This document shows, piece by piece, positions 52,751 through 64,000 of a stretch of 64,000 nt of DNA; position 1 is the stretch's first letter; each line of letters begins with the position of its first letter. Below the pieces are notes generated by a model that was given only the letters and a program-made list of their open reading frames with translations, ran no database searches and was not told where the DNA came from. The position numbers and the translations under genes were made by a program. The stretch covers positions 2,246,696 through 2,310,695 of the forward strand of contig RDEW01000001.1 of the NCBI GenBank assembly GCA_011109175.1. Direction: 5' to 3'. The stretch is from Dicyema japonicum (Eukaryota > Animalia > Dicyemida).

Positions 52751-55520
52751 CAGTAAACCACCATTAATCCGAAAACTTCAATAATCCGAATTTTTTGATG
52801 AGTCAGCAAAATTTACGAAGATTCCATACAAACAGGCTTTAATAATCCGAAACTTCATAATCCGCAATCCGAAAGACATTTATTAAAAATGAAACTTTAT
52901 TTGGGACTTTCGACAGTTTTAGAAATTCTTAAAAATCATGAAAAATAGGAAAACTGTGAAACTATGATTAACAAGCTGAGGCAGTGGTAAACATCATCAA
53001 CTTGATAATTCATTTGTTAAATAGATTTCGAGGATTGATGCAATCAATGGTTTCATTAATAATCATTACAAAAGCTTGGTATCAATGATCCTGAATTTAG
53101 TAAAGGCTACACAGATTTAAAGGAAAATTTAATTTTAAACTAAAACTACTTCATTGAGAAACCAACAGCTTAGCAAAAAATGAAATTAATTTGAATAGAC
53201 AAAATATGATTGATAAGTTAAAAAAATTGACCCTGACGTATTGCTAAACATAGATGAAACTGGACTTTTTTACAATCTTTCCCTGCAAGAACAATTTAAT
53301 CTAAAAATATAAAAGGCATATACAACTGGAACAATAAAAATTAAACCTATTTGGGGTTAGTAAAAGTCTAAGATATTTAAACAATTTTGATTTTGAAAAA
53401 TATTGTACTATGTAAATAAAAGGGCTTGGATGACAACATATCTTTTTAATGTCTTTATCAGTTATCTTAGTGATGATTAAAACGTTACGGGAAAATTTCT
53501 TTTTACTGATTGATAATACTCTAAGCCAGGGGTTCTCAACCTGGGGTCGATTCGACCCCAGGGGTCTAAAATCAATCCAGAACGATCGCAAGGGGTCAAA
53601 AATGAATTACTTGGGGTCGAAAATAAATTTAATATATTTAATCTTTTTCAATTTAAATTAAGTTAGTTTATTTTAAAGTGGTAAACCTTTGTTCTTTAAA
53701 ATTTTTAAAATTACCATTCCTGTTTTTGTTTGTGTATGAGTCGTTTTTCTACATTAAAAATTCGTCAATATAAAAATGAATATTTGGCATTTGGATTTAT
53801 AAAAAATTATTTTGATAATAGACCATATTATTTACTGTGTAATAAGTCATTATTAAATGATGCAATGAAACTGTCCAAATTGTTGGATCATCTTAGGAGA
53901 ATACATTCGGATAAAAAAAATAATCATTTTAGTATTTTGAAGAATTAAAGGATTCTTTTCGTAAGCAAAAAACGATTGACACTGTTTTTACAAATAGTAG
54001 TAAAAGAAACAATAGTTGTAGTAATTTTAAATTATATTTAGGAGGACTAATTGCATCCTATAAAATTGCAATGATTATTGCCAAAAATGAGAGTTCCCAT
54101 GTTTCTGGTGAAAATCTCATCAAACCATCTATCAGTGATTCTATCAGATCTTATGGGTTTAAATCTCGATGAAATTTTAAATTCCGTACCAATTAGCAAT
54201 GATTCAATTCGCCGCAGGATTGACGAAATGGCAGATATTGTTGAACATATTTTTTGTGAAAGGCTTAAAATACTATTTTTTCGCTTCAAATTGACGAAAG
54301 TCATATATTTGATTCTTCAATTCCAAGATATTCTTGAATTAGAAATTTCATCTTGGATGATTAATCCGTTTTTGTCTGATTAATCCAGAAGAACAAAAAG
54401 AAAATATTCAAGAGGAATTAATTATGTTAAAATTCAATCGAGAATTAAAACTATATTATAATGATTCACAATCACCTGTTATTTTTTGGCAAAATATGAA
54501 AGTGAGAGTTATCCAAAATTGTGGACAGGAATAGCACAATTGCTGCTCTATTTTCCGACATCATACTGTGTTGAATGCGGATTTAGCATTCTACGTCGAA
54601 TTGTAAATAAAGAACGAAACAGATTGGATGTGTCTATTAGAAGAGATATTCGTTTAAAAATAACACAAATAGAGCCAGATATCGAATCCTTGGTCAAAAA
54701 AACATCAGTCAAAGGGATCCCTTTGGTATTTAATTTTTTTTATTATAGATTTATGCTAAGATACCAACTTAGCATCGAGTATATACTTTTTTTGTTTGAT
54801 TTGATTATTAACAATCAATTCATTTTAGATAGTTAACTAATTTTACTTAGAATTGTCTGTATTAAATAAAAAGGTTTTAAGGGGTCGATTAAATATTAGG
54901 GGGTCGAAAAAAAAGTCATGGGGTCGACGAGTAAAAAAAGGTTGAGAACCCCTGCTCTAAGCCATGTTTTAACGAAATTTTCTGAAAACGTTGAAATTTT
55001 ATTTTTTCAAAAAAAAAACCAATGGATGCGGGAATAATCAAGAACTTTAAGTATTATTATAGAAAAGGTTTATTTTGGATTATATGCTCTTTATTTGGAA
55101 AAAGAATTTTTGTTAATTTACGGAAGGCCATCATTATGGTATCTCATGCATGGAATAAAGTAAAAAAAGACAGGGACAATTAAATGTCTTTATTAATTTG
55201 TTAATGACGATATCATGCAAGATCCTGTTTTGGATGTGTAACAAAAAGAACTGGATGAACTTGCTAATGAGGAAGAAATAATTCAAACAGAAAAGATTTA
55301 CGAGAAAGAAATCGTCACCCTTTTTGTGAAGATTATAATATCGACGAGGAAATTATTTTTTGAAAATGAAGAGAACAATGGAGAATTTTCGCCAATTGAA
55401 TTATTAAATGCAATTAACATTATGGAAGAAAGTACAAAATCTATAAATGATAGAATCTGGAACATTGAAAAATTTAAATACAATAAAGATTAAAAAGTGT
55501 TAATTAAAGGAATAAAAGAC
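52751..55520 (+). mobile_element. Tigger/pogo remnant, unit B, interrupted by a hAT
   Basis: Same terminus and DDE_1 motifs as 41931. Confidence 0.8.
53527..54954 (+). mobile_element. hAT (Charlie/ZBED5-like) internally deleted element
   Basis: Perfect 16-bp TIR CAGGGGTTCTCAACCT; TSD CTCTAAGC; empty site at 42739-42746; subterminal GGGGTC repeats; VPISNDSIRRRIDEMA, FPTSYCVECGFS. Confidence 0.95.
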
Positions 55521-55539
55521 TTGCTAGATTTTCAACATG

Positions 55540-56240
55540 TCTCCAGACGACTCATTTTGGATCTGTCTCCCAGTTCATCACAGACGGCTTTAACATGAAG
55601 ACGCATATACGGACGGCTCTGGTGTCTATCGATAAACAGAAACCTTCGACTCTGTTTTGAGGACACTCCCAACAGAAAAATTTTTAATTCTAATTTACTT
55701 CCGAACTTCAGGCTATGGCTGGAAAATTTCTTAACTGGTCGAGGTGGATGAGTCCGGATTGGAAAAATTACTTAAAAATCAAGACTACTCCCTAATGGGT
55801 TCTCACAAGGTTCCCTTTTGTCTCCTCTCATATATAACTTATCACTACACAATTTACCTATTACCAAAAATCAAGAAACTATGTTTTTTCTAACGCGGAT
55901 TATTGCTGAAAATCTCCTTCAAGGGCTGTGGCAGTGGTTCAGTCACACTTCAACCAGGTGTGTGACTGGCTATCCGTGAATTTGCTGTCTGTGTTTGCAT
56001 CCAAGTCTCAGTTCACCTTATTTACTACGGACAGAAGATTTAAAGATGGGATAGAGGTATTCTACGGAAACATTCCCATTTCTTCTATGCGAATCCAGAA
56101 AATCCTTGGAGTGACATTAGACTCTCTTATGTAGTTCTCCAGGCACACCGAGGGAATGTTGCCTATAAGCTATCATAAAGAAGAGCCCCTGTCCACCTAC
56201 AGCTTGTATCAGCAAACTAAATCTTCAAATTATTGTGCCG
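55540..56240 (+). mobile_element. Jockey/I-like RT fragment
   Basis: LVSID, GFSQGSLLSPLIYNL, KILGVTLD. Confidence 0.7.
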
Positions 56241-56499
56241 ATAATTGAATATGTCTGTTTTGTTTGGAGATTCGTTCTTCGAGATTCGAGTGTATGAAAT
56301 CTCTCAGGCGGAAGATCATGCGGCATATGTAGCCAGACACCATGTCCATCTTCAGTCTCCTTTCAGAGGCCGCTACGCTTTCTACGTATCTGCAAGGAGC
56401 TATGGAACCAATTCAGAGAAAGGACCATACGAAGGAATTCAGATCGACAATAAAAAGTGTTCTTTTTGTTGCACATCGTATTCTCGATCGATGCACTCA

Positions 56500-58345
56500 A
56501 CGCTTTTTTCCATTACATCTTTTATGTCAGAGGAATTGTCTCAAACATCAAACAGAACATTCTATGTACGAATCTAGAAAGATACAAAACTGGTGTGGCA
56601 TGTCTGCAAAAGACGAAGGTGATAGAACGAAATGTACGCTATGACAATTACCGGTTAATACTACTACCATCTAACTCCCGTCATTATGGGATGGGCTTTG
56701 CTATACACATCTCACTTGTGGATCGGTTACTCAAAGTATGGAGGGTAACAGACGAATTACTATTATCCAACTTAATGTCGGATCACGTAATAAGAGATCG
56801 ATTATGACTGTCATAAATGTGTATGCCCCCTACACAGGAAGATTATCAACTTCTATGGATGAGCTTTGATTTTTATAAGTTTATGACAATAATTGTGGAG
56901 AGTTGTTAAAATACGAGCTAGCAGAAAATATAACTTTATATTCAACGAGATATTCAGGACTCATTGTTCAATTGACATCGCGATGGGAGTTTTAATTCTT
57001 TTACAAAAACATGGCAAACCTGCAGGTCCAATTGAAAATCGCAGGCCGATCGTGCTTTTAACCACTTTGCAAAAAACATTGTCGATTACAACATTGAATC
57101 GAATATCAAATTCAGTTGACCACTACTTGTTACCAAGTCAAAGCGGATTCAGAAAAAAATCGACCGCTGATGTAGTATGGAGTCATCGGTGGCTTACGGC
57201 AATATGTAAGAAGTACAGAAAAACAATGTATATTCTGGGAGTCGACTTATCGAAAGCATTCGACTGTGTCTGCCGTAATAAATTATTGCAAGTTCTCAAG
57301 ACATAATTGATGAGGACTGTTTGAGGATTGTGCGTTTTTTGCTGGCTGACACGAGCCTCATAGTGAAAGTGGGGAAGGGCTATTCGGAAAAATCAAGACC
57401 GGGATTAGTAATCCGCAAGGGGACTCGCTTTCGCCAGTTCTCTTTGCAATCTATTTGGAAGCTGCGTTGAGGGACGTTAGAAAAGAATTGGGTCACTTAA
57501 ATAATCATTTTGTGGAATTAATATATGCTGATGACATCGATTTTGTATCTGAGGATGTGGAGGTACTAAGAACTGCTGTAGATAAAGCCACAACGGTTCT
57601 GGAGAGGGTCTTTGAAGATCAATTCAGAAAAAACAGAGTTAACTTCGATTCAGCGGTTATCGACACGGATTGATGAGAAATGGAGGTTTACTAAAAGGCT
57701 CGGCTCGTTTTGGGGAAATGCTGAGGAAATTGCTCGTAGAAAAATGTTGGCATCGTGTGCACTGAAAAAGATGTGGAGTATTTGGACTCGCAGAAGACTT
57801 ATCTCCTTAAATTTTCGGATGCGCTTATACAACGCGTTCATACAACCAGTCCTATTATATAACTTGGGAACATGAGGAACATCAAAAAGGACCTTGACAG
57901 AATAGACACGTTTCATAGAAATCAAGTGAGAAAAATTGCGGGAATCAAATGGCCACAGATCATCAAAAACGACACACTCTACAAATTATGTAAATGCAAA
58001 CCGATAAGCAGAGAAGTAACTATTTCACGCTGGCAACTTTTCGGACATGTTCTGAGAATGGACGAAGTGATTCCTTGCAATCAAATCATGGAAGATTACT
58101 TGTCAAATCACGGAATTGGATTCGAAGTCGGCCAAGATGTACGCATCCCCTCTGCCTGAATAACTATACGCACGAATTGGCACTCAACTCAAAACTGGAG
58201 ACGATCTTGAGGATATTCGTAAACACGCGAGGAACAGAGCTAGATGGAGAGGGCTGACTGGGAGGATAGTCGAGTGTACGGTACGAGCGAACCCCTAAGC
58301 ATTTTACGTGCTTATGGCAACGCGGAAGTGCTATTAACTAACTAA
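56500..58345 (+). mobile_element. RTE LINE (partial APE + RT), unit B
   Basis: CLQKTK, INVYAP, RPIVLLTT, VDLSKAFD, YADD. Confidence 0.88.
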
Positions 58346-58669
58346 TAAAATGTGTACTCAGATAGAATTTTTCTGCAGACATAAAAAAAGACACTTCTAG
58401 AGTTCAGTTGGATCGCTGGTGGAGTATTTGAGGAGAATTTGAAAGATGTTGGAGGATGGGATCACTTAATTAGCAAGTTAATGCGTTTTTGGTGATCTTG
58501 GGGTTTTAAAATAAAAAATTTCCATCGTGTCTCTTTTTTCTCTCAAAATGTATAGGAATCTATTTAATTTTTACAAAAAACTGATTTTTTCCGACGTAGT
58601 GATCCTTAATGGATCAAGGTGGTGTTGTTGGAAGAGAACCGAATTAGGACACGTTCCGGTATTCTTCGT

Positions 58670-59300
58670 GATTGTATATTTTAGGTACATGGTTGAAAAA
58701 CTCTAATGTGAATTTCGAAGATACTTATTTTTATGTGGAGTTCTAAAATTGCAACGCAGAAAATATTCAAAAACAATCTTGGCTGGGGTTCGGCGACAAC
58801 TGTAGACTGGCAAATGTTTATCAGAGAGGTCTGTGCATTGATTACCTTTTTAAAATAAAAAATTGGTAATATCTGTTTAATTAACGATAGGTAGTGAAGG
58901 AATGATCGTAGAAATAGACGAAAGTATATTTTCTTCAAAAAATAATTGTGGACGATTATTCATCCATAAACAGTGTTGGCGAGGATATTTGACCAACATT
59001 CTTAAGATCATCGTAATAACTTTATTGACTGGTGTCCAGACACAGCATATAGTAAGGTTCTAATCTCATTAAAATTATTGCAGATTGTGGGGTAGTGCTA
59101 ACAAAGAAAAAGCTTACAAAAGGGAAATGAGAGCCGCACGAAATAACTTTATTCTGTATGACGATGGGTATTTGAGGACCTTCTAAGTTCATTAAGCTTT
59201 TCACACAAAAGATTTGATCCAAGATCAGCCTCAAATAGTGCGAAAATCTTTTTTTTAAGTTTCAAAACCCTTTGAAGAAAATTATACGGTAATCGAAACC
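58670..59300 (+). mobile_element. Merlin/IS1595-like remnant
   Basis: IVEIDES motif continuing past the point where unit A is cut; right boundary approximate. Confidence 0.55.
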
Positions 59301-59408
59301 GAATTGACGATAATTTTGACAAATTACGTTATAATGCGTTTCGCTGTAATATTTAATCACATTTAATAGACCGTGGTTAGTTTTATAAAGTTAGTATTAT
59401 CTCAACAA

Positions 59409-60911
59409 ATGGAATGCACACAAGAACGACTAATGAATATAATCATTAAGTTGCCACATTTGATCTCACAAAATGACACCAAGAAATTGGTAAATAAACT
59501 GAAAATCAATCCCGAATTAGGGAATCTGATAATTGTATTGTAAAATACTGATCTTTTAGAATGTTGGACTCTGGGGACTTCTTCCCTTTATCGTTGGTTT
59601 TGTTCTCGTTATTATTATCAACGTCTATTTTTGTTTTGCTAGAGGATCTAAGAAATTGGGAAAGATTCAAAAAGTAATATCTCTGACAATGTTACTTGGA
59701 GTCACGTGGCTGTGTTCATTAATTTTATAGAATCCTCTTGATTTATTCGGCTGTCTCTGTATTGGAAGTCAAAAAACAAAACAAAAAGTTACAAAAGTCA
59801 TACACTTCATTTATCCAGAAATTTGAGCAATTTTCCACACTTATAGTTTTCATTGATTATTAAAATTAGAATAATAACTCGGTTTTAGCAGATGAAAATA
59901 TGGAAAAACTCAAAGGAATGGTTAAAGCTATAGAAAACTCATCTTACTATAAAGATTTAGTCGCTGTAACAAATAATGACTTTTTGAAAAGCGTTATGGG
60001 GTCCCTAAACGATACTAAAAATCCGATAGCGAATATACACGACAATTTGTCTACCTTTGCTATTTCCGAATACGAAGACACCAGAAACCTGATTGATTCC
60101 ACAATAAACAAATACATGTAATGCTTTGATTAATTCAGAATTCCAACTTTGATATCAATCTACTCAATCGGAGCACTTTTCTCACTAATTTTAGTTATTT
60201 CTTTATCTTTTAAGAAAGAAAGATTTACAGACATGTATTTTAATCTTTATAATTCTCAGCTGTTCAGGAATTCTAATTTTTCTGTCTTTAATCTTTCTGA
60301 TTTTGTCAATTGTAATTTTGGGAGTTCCTATGGTCTGTTTTGGGATAACTTAGATTTTGTCGGTTGCTTGTCCTCAGATAAAACCTTTCGTCAAAAATTT
60401 GGGTAATTTGTTTGTGCATGCTAGGTATTCCATATGTCGCGGATATTATCGACTGTGATCCTAATAAACCAAACCCAATTGTAAAAAATAATTTTGTATT
60501 TTTAGATGGAAAACATTTCCAATATCAACATCACCAATGTTATCCCTCAATTAAATGGTGGTTGTGTTAACGTTACGCCCCCTATTTTAATAAAATGCCA
60601 GAATGTTGATAATCAATTAATAGTTATGATGGGTCATAGTTTAGAGTCTCCATGCTAACGCAACGAACCTTACAAATCAGACGATCGAACGTCTCAAAAC
60701 TAGTTTGAACGATGTGTTTAGTTGTGATCAACTTCCTCAGACAATTAATGAATTTAAGTGCGTATTTTGCACCAAATTTGCGTATTAGAGTTTATAATTT
60801 TGTAGAAAAAGTCTTTTCCAGGTTGATTCTTCTCTTCTATCGGATCCATTGTGTTATTGTTGTTCATGTTTCATATTCCAACCTTTCAAGACTAGTCTTG
60901 TCAATAATTAG
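59409..60911 (+). CDS. Tweety-like paralog 2 (frameshift near the last TM, real or error)
   Basis: 59314-60955 is a high-identity copy of 17404-19050 with the same introns. Confidence 0.65.
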
Positions 60912-61527
60912 TTTAATTATAATTTCTCACTAATTTAATTCGGTAATTAATTTTCAAAGTTAGAGTGCAAATTGTGAAGAAACTAACTCTAAGATTTGAG
61001 TAAAGCTAGGTCATGAAAACAGATAATGTAATTATATTTTGAGTAGATTGAGGATCAATGTCATGACTTTCATCAAAATTGGTACCTTTGGTCCGTCTTC
61101 TCGATTCTATGTTTTCAGTTATGATGCAATGCTCGTGGAATCTAATACCCGTTATAAAATCCAGAGATTCCAGAATTTCAATGCTCGTTCGACATGAAAA
61201 TATATTTAGCATCACTAAGCAACCTAACCACAATCATAATTTTTTGGATTAAATCAATTATGATTGAACTCAGATAAACGAATTAATATGTTTCCTTATA
61301 GAGCCCTTTGAAGGTTCAGGGTGCTTGGTGAAGTAATGACGTCTAAGATTCGTTGGAGCCATAGCACTATTTACAAGTTTTTTTTACCGCAAACTACTCA
61401 AAGTGGTAAAGGACAATCCAGGTCCCAGTCCATGTGAAACCAAAGGCAATATAACTTTCTCGATAGGATCAAACTTTAAGATATGCACTGTCACAACACT
61501 CCATTTAGAAACGCGCAAATTAATTTA

Positions 61528-62100
61528 CAGTCAACCCTCTCTATAGTGAACAAAATGTCCACTCAAAAACACGATGTTCATTATTCTTTAATGGTGAACA
61601 AAAAAATAGAACAAGGAATCAAAATAACAATAATAAAGTAATTACAAAGATAAATTCCATGCTTTTTTCATGTAATCAGATTTTTTGTGAATGATTAGTG
61701 TGATAATTTCTTAAAATTTTTACTATTTCGAAAACTTTTACTCTTCTTTCATAATCATTCTCAAGAAACTATAATTCGAGCGCCTCGGTATATTCATAAA
61801 CTTCAAGTAGTGACGGAACATTAATTTTTTCATCTTTCTCTTTGTTTTCAACTTCGTCGTGCTGTTTTAGTTTTCTCTAAAAGTTATGTAAAAAGAATTC
61901 ATCATCAATTTGATTATTTTCATGAATCATAAAAGTTTCATTATCTTTATCTTCTATTTCTGTCAAGTTCTGTATTAACATATTTTCAAAAGCTTTCTTG
62001 AAACAATTTGTAATTGTCAATTCTGATATTTCAAGCCAAGCTTGATTTATGATTATCAGGCAATTCAATAGAATGAATTTCTTCAACTTTCTTGATATAA
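61528..62100 (-). mobile_element. Tigger/pogo 3' remnant
   Basis: TA|CAGTCAACCCTC terminus; INQAWLEISELTITNCFKKA. Confidence 0.7.
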
Positions 62101-62289
62101 CGTGTAATTTATTAATTTTATATGTATAAAAATATTATACATATACCAACATATGGCTAAAAGTTGTTCAAGATAGCCAATTTTCTAGGAAATTGGGCAA
62201 TTCTCAAATTTGCGACACATTATTAAAAAATTTATTTTTACAAATCTTTTTCAATAATTTTATTAAAAAATCAAAATTTCAAACTAAAA

Positions 62290-63220
62290 ATTTTACCTAA
62301 AATCTGGACGGTCGAAAGACTCACCAGCTTCGTCAGACCAATATCCCTCCTGTGTGCCACCTCCAAAATCCTGGATAAACTCATTCTCAATCAGATTAAA
62401 CCTTACCTTCCAGACGTATCCTTCCAACTTGCTCGTTCCACAACTACCCACCTTACCTGCCTGATAAAATTCATAAAAGAAGGCCTTCATCGCAAACCTC
62501 GGCATCAAAAAACCATTATGCTCCATTGAGATATTCCTTGCTTACACCGACGACTTAATCCTGGGAGCAAGAGATCAGTGCATCCAAACAACGGGTACCC
62601 GCTTAAAAATTCACTGGATAACCTGAACTGCTGGCTTACGAGGAACCAACTACAGAAAAGTCTTGCTCTGTGATCTTTACTTCCAACAGAAGAGTGACTA
62701 ACTCGGTGCCTCCATTGACCCTAAATGGAATAACAATCCCCCACTAATGACCTTCAGCAAACATGTGAGTAACGTAATCTCCTCTTCCCAGAGAAAATTA
62801 AAATTTGTAAAAACGCTTTTTGGATACTACAAAAAATGGTTCCCCCTAACAGTAGATCATCTCTACTACCAATACATACTTCCGTCATTAAGTTACTGCT
62901 GCGCAGCATGGGTTACTAACATAATCCACACCAACCTAAAGAAATTAAACTCCTTCCAAGAGACAGTAGCAAAAACCCTGCAAAGATCCTCCTCGTCATT
63001 AAAACCAACCCCGTTCGAGGAACTCGTGAGGAGAACCGGAGCTCAGCCAAAACACCTAAACTTCCGAAAAGTGATTCGTCCATACAAGAAGTGTGTCGGT
63101 ACTCGGGAGGAACACCGAGGAAAGATGAAGCGAGTGCTCAAGGGGGCCGGGATCATCTGACGGCCACTACCTTCCTTTGTTTTGTCGGTGATTCTTGGTT
63201 TTTAAATTAAAATTAAAAAA
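62290..63220 (+). mobile_element. Jockey/I-like LINE 3' portion
   Basis: AYTDDL, YILPSLSYCCAAW; ends GAGII* with hairpin and A-rich tail. Confidence 0.8.
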
Positions 63221-63823
63221 AGTACGCAGATGTTTCAAATTCCCAAATTAGCCAATTTGGTATATCAAATATATAAAGTTCCCACCGTCCCAGAAGCAGG
63301 TATACCTCAAATATCACATAACTCCAACTAAAAGTAAAAAGAACACATTGAGTCGTAATAGTTGTGGGTAACCCTTCAGCGCAGCAAGGCGAAAAATTAT
63401 CATATTTGTCCTATTATGGCACAGAAGGCTATCTAAGACAGGTGGGTCATAATTAAGAAGATAAGAAGCAGAAGATAAACCTTCGATCAATAAACCAGTG
63501 GGTAATCAATTCCAGAAAAATCGTTATAATGTGACATCCTAATCACTATACTGAGTGACCATCACAAAGTCAATTTTGAACAATTAAAGTATTAATTAAC
63601 TGTATTTGGAAAGAACTACGAGATTCAAAGAAGATCGCGTTAAAACCAACAACAATGTTTCCGCCTAAAGCTAACTGTAATATCAACAGTCAATAAGAGA
63701 CGGACAAAACAACAAAACCATACGTAAATACATGCCAAATTTGAAATGTTTAATTTAAATATTTATTTTAAGAAAAACATTTTAAATTACACAAATTATT
63801 ATAATTAATCTTGCACAAAGACT

Positions 63824-64000
63824 GTATTTTGTGGATGAGATGGTGACGTGGCTCGAACTCAATGTCTGGGAAACACAGTATCAAGCTATTGGACTTCTCA
63901 CGTGTAACGTCAGGGGACTCTTTAGCGTTTGGAAACGGAAGAAACTGGTCGAGGATCTTTAAAAGTACAAGATTTCAATCGCCTGCCTTAGGAGACTAAA
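63824..64000 (+). mobile_element. 5' end of an RTE LINE (runs off window)
   Basis: LLTCNVRGL and IACL*ETK; 5' motif shared with 19787. Confidence 0.8.

Larger units (their letters stand above)
45148..58936. repeat. Tandem segmental duplication, unit B
   Basis: Same content as unit A plus a hAT (53527-54954) and extra LINE sequence (~55420-57160). Confidence 0.95.

Overview
AT-rich eukaryotic (metazoan-type) nuclear DNA whose genes are cut by ultra-short 21-29 nt GT-AG introns, so the ORF track shows them only as fragments. Intron size suggests a highly compacted parasite genome such as a dicyemid (inference). Host genes reconstructed by hand: a PP1 glycogen-targeting subunit (PPP1R3-like, RVxF + CBM21), two tweety-like 5-TM paralogs plus a degenerate relic, a multi-C-type-lectin membrane protein, GCN1 (~8.5 kb, minus), and HOGA1, which ends only 27-78 nt upstream of GCN1. 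A tandem duplication (34385-45130 / 45148-58936) copies HOGA1 and the 5' end of GCN1 and has a templated junction. Much of the rest is nested, decayed transposons: hAT/Charlie, Tigger/pogo, Ginger, Merlin, RTE, R4/Dong-like and a Jockey/I-like LINE family. Most notable: the operon-like HOGA1-GCN1 pair with an unpaired splice acceptor, a 2A-like peptide in a LINE, a covarying 3' hairpin shared by a LINE family, host-sized introns inside three DNA transposons, and mosaic divergence of the tweety-like paralogs. Single-base frameshifts in conserved genes suggest assembly indel errors. Family calls rest on recalled motifs, not searches.
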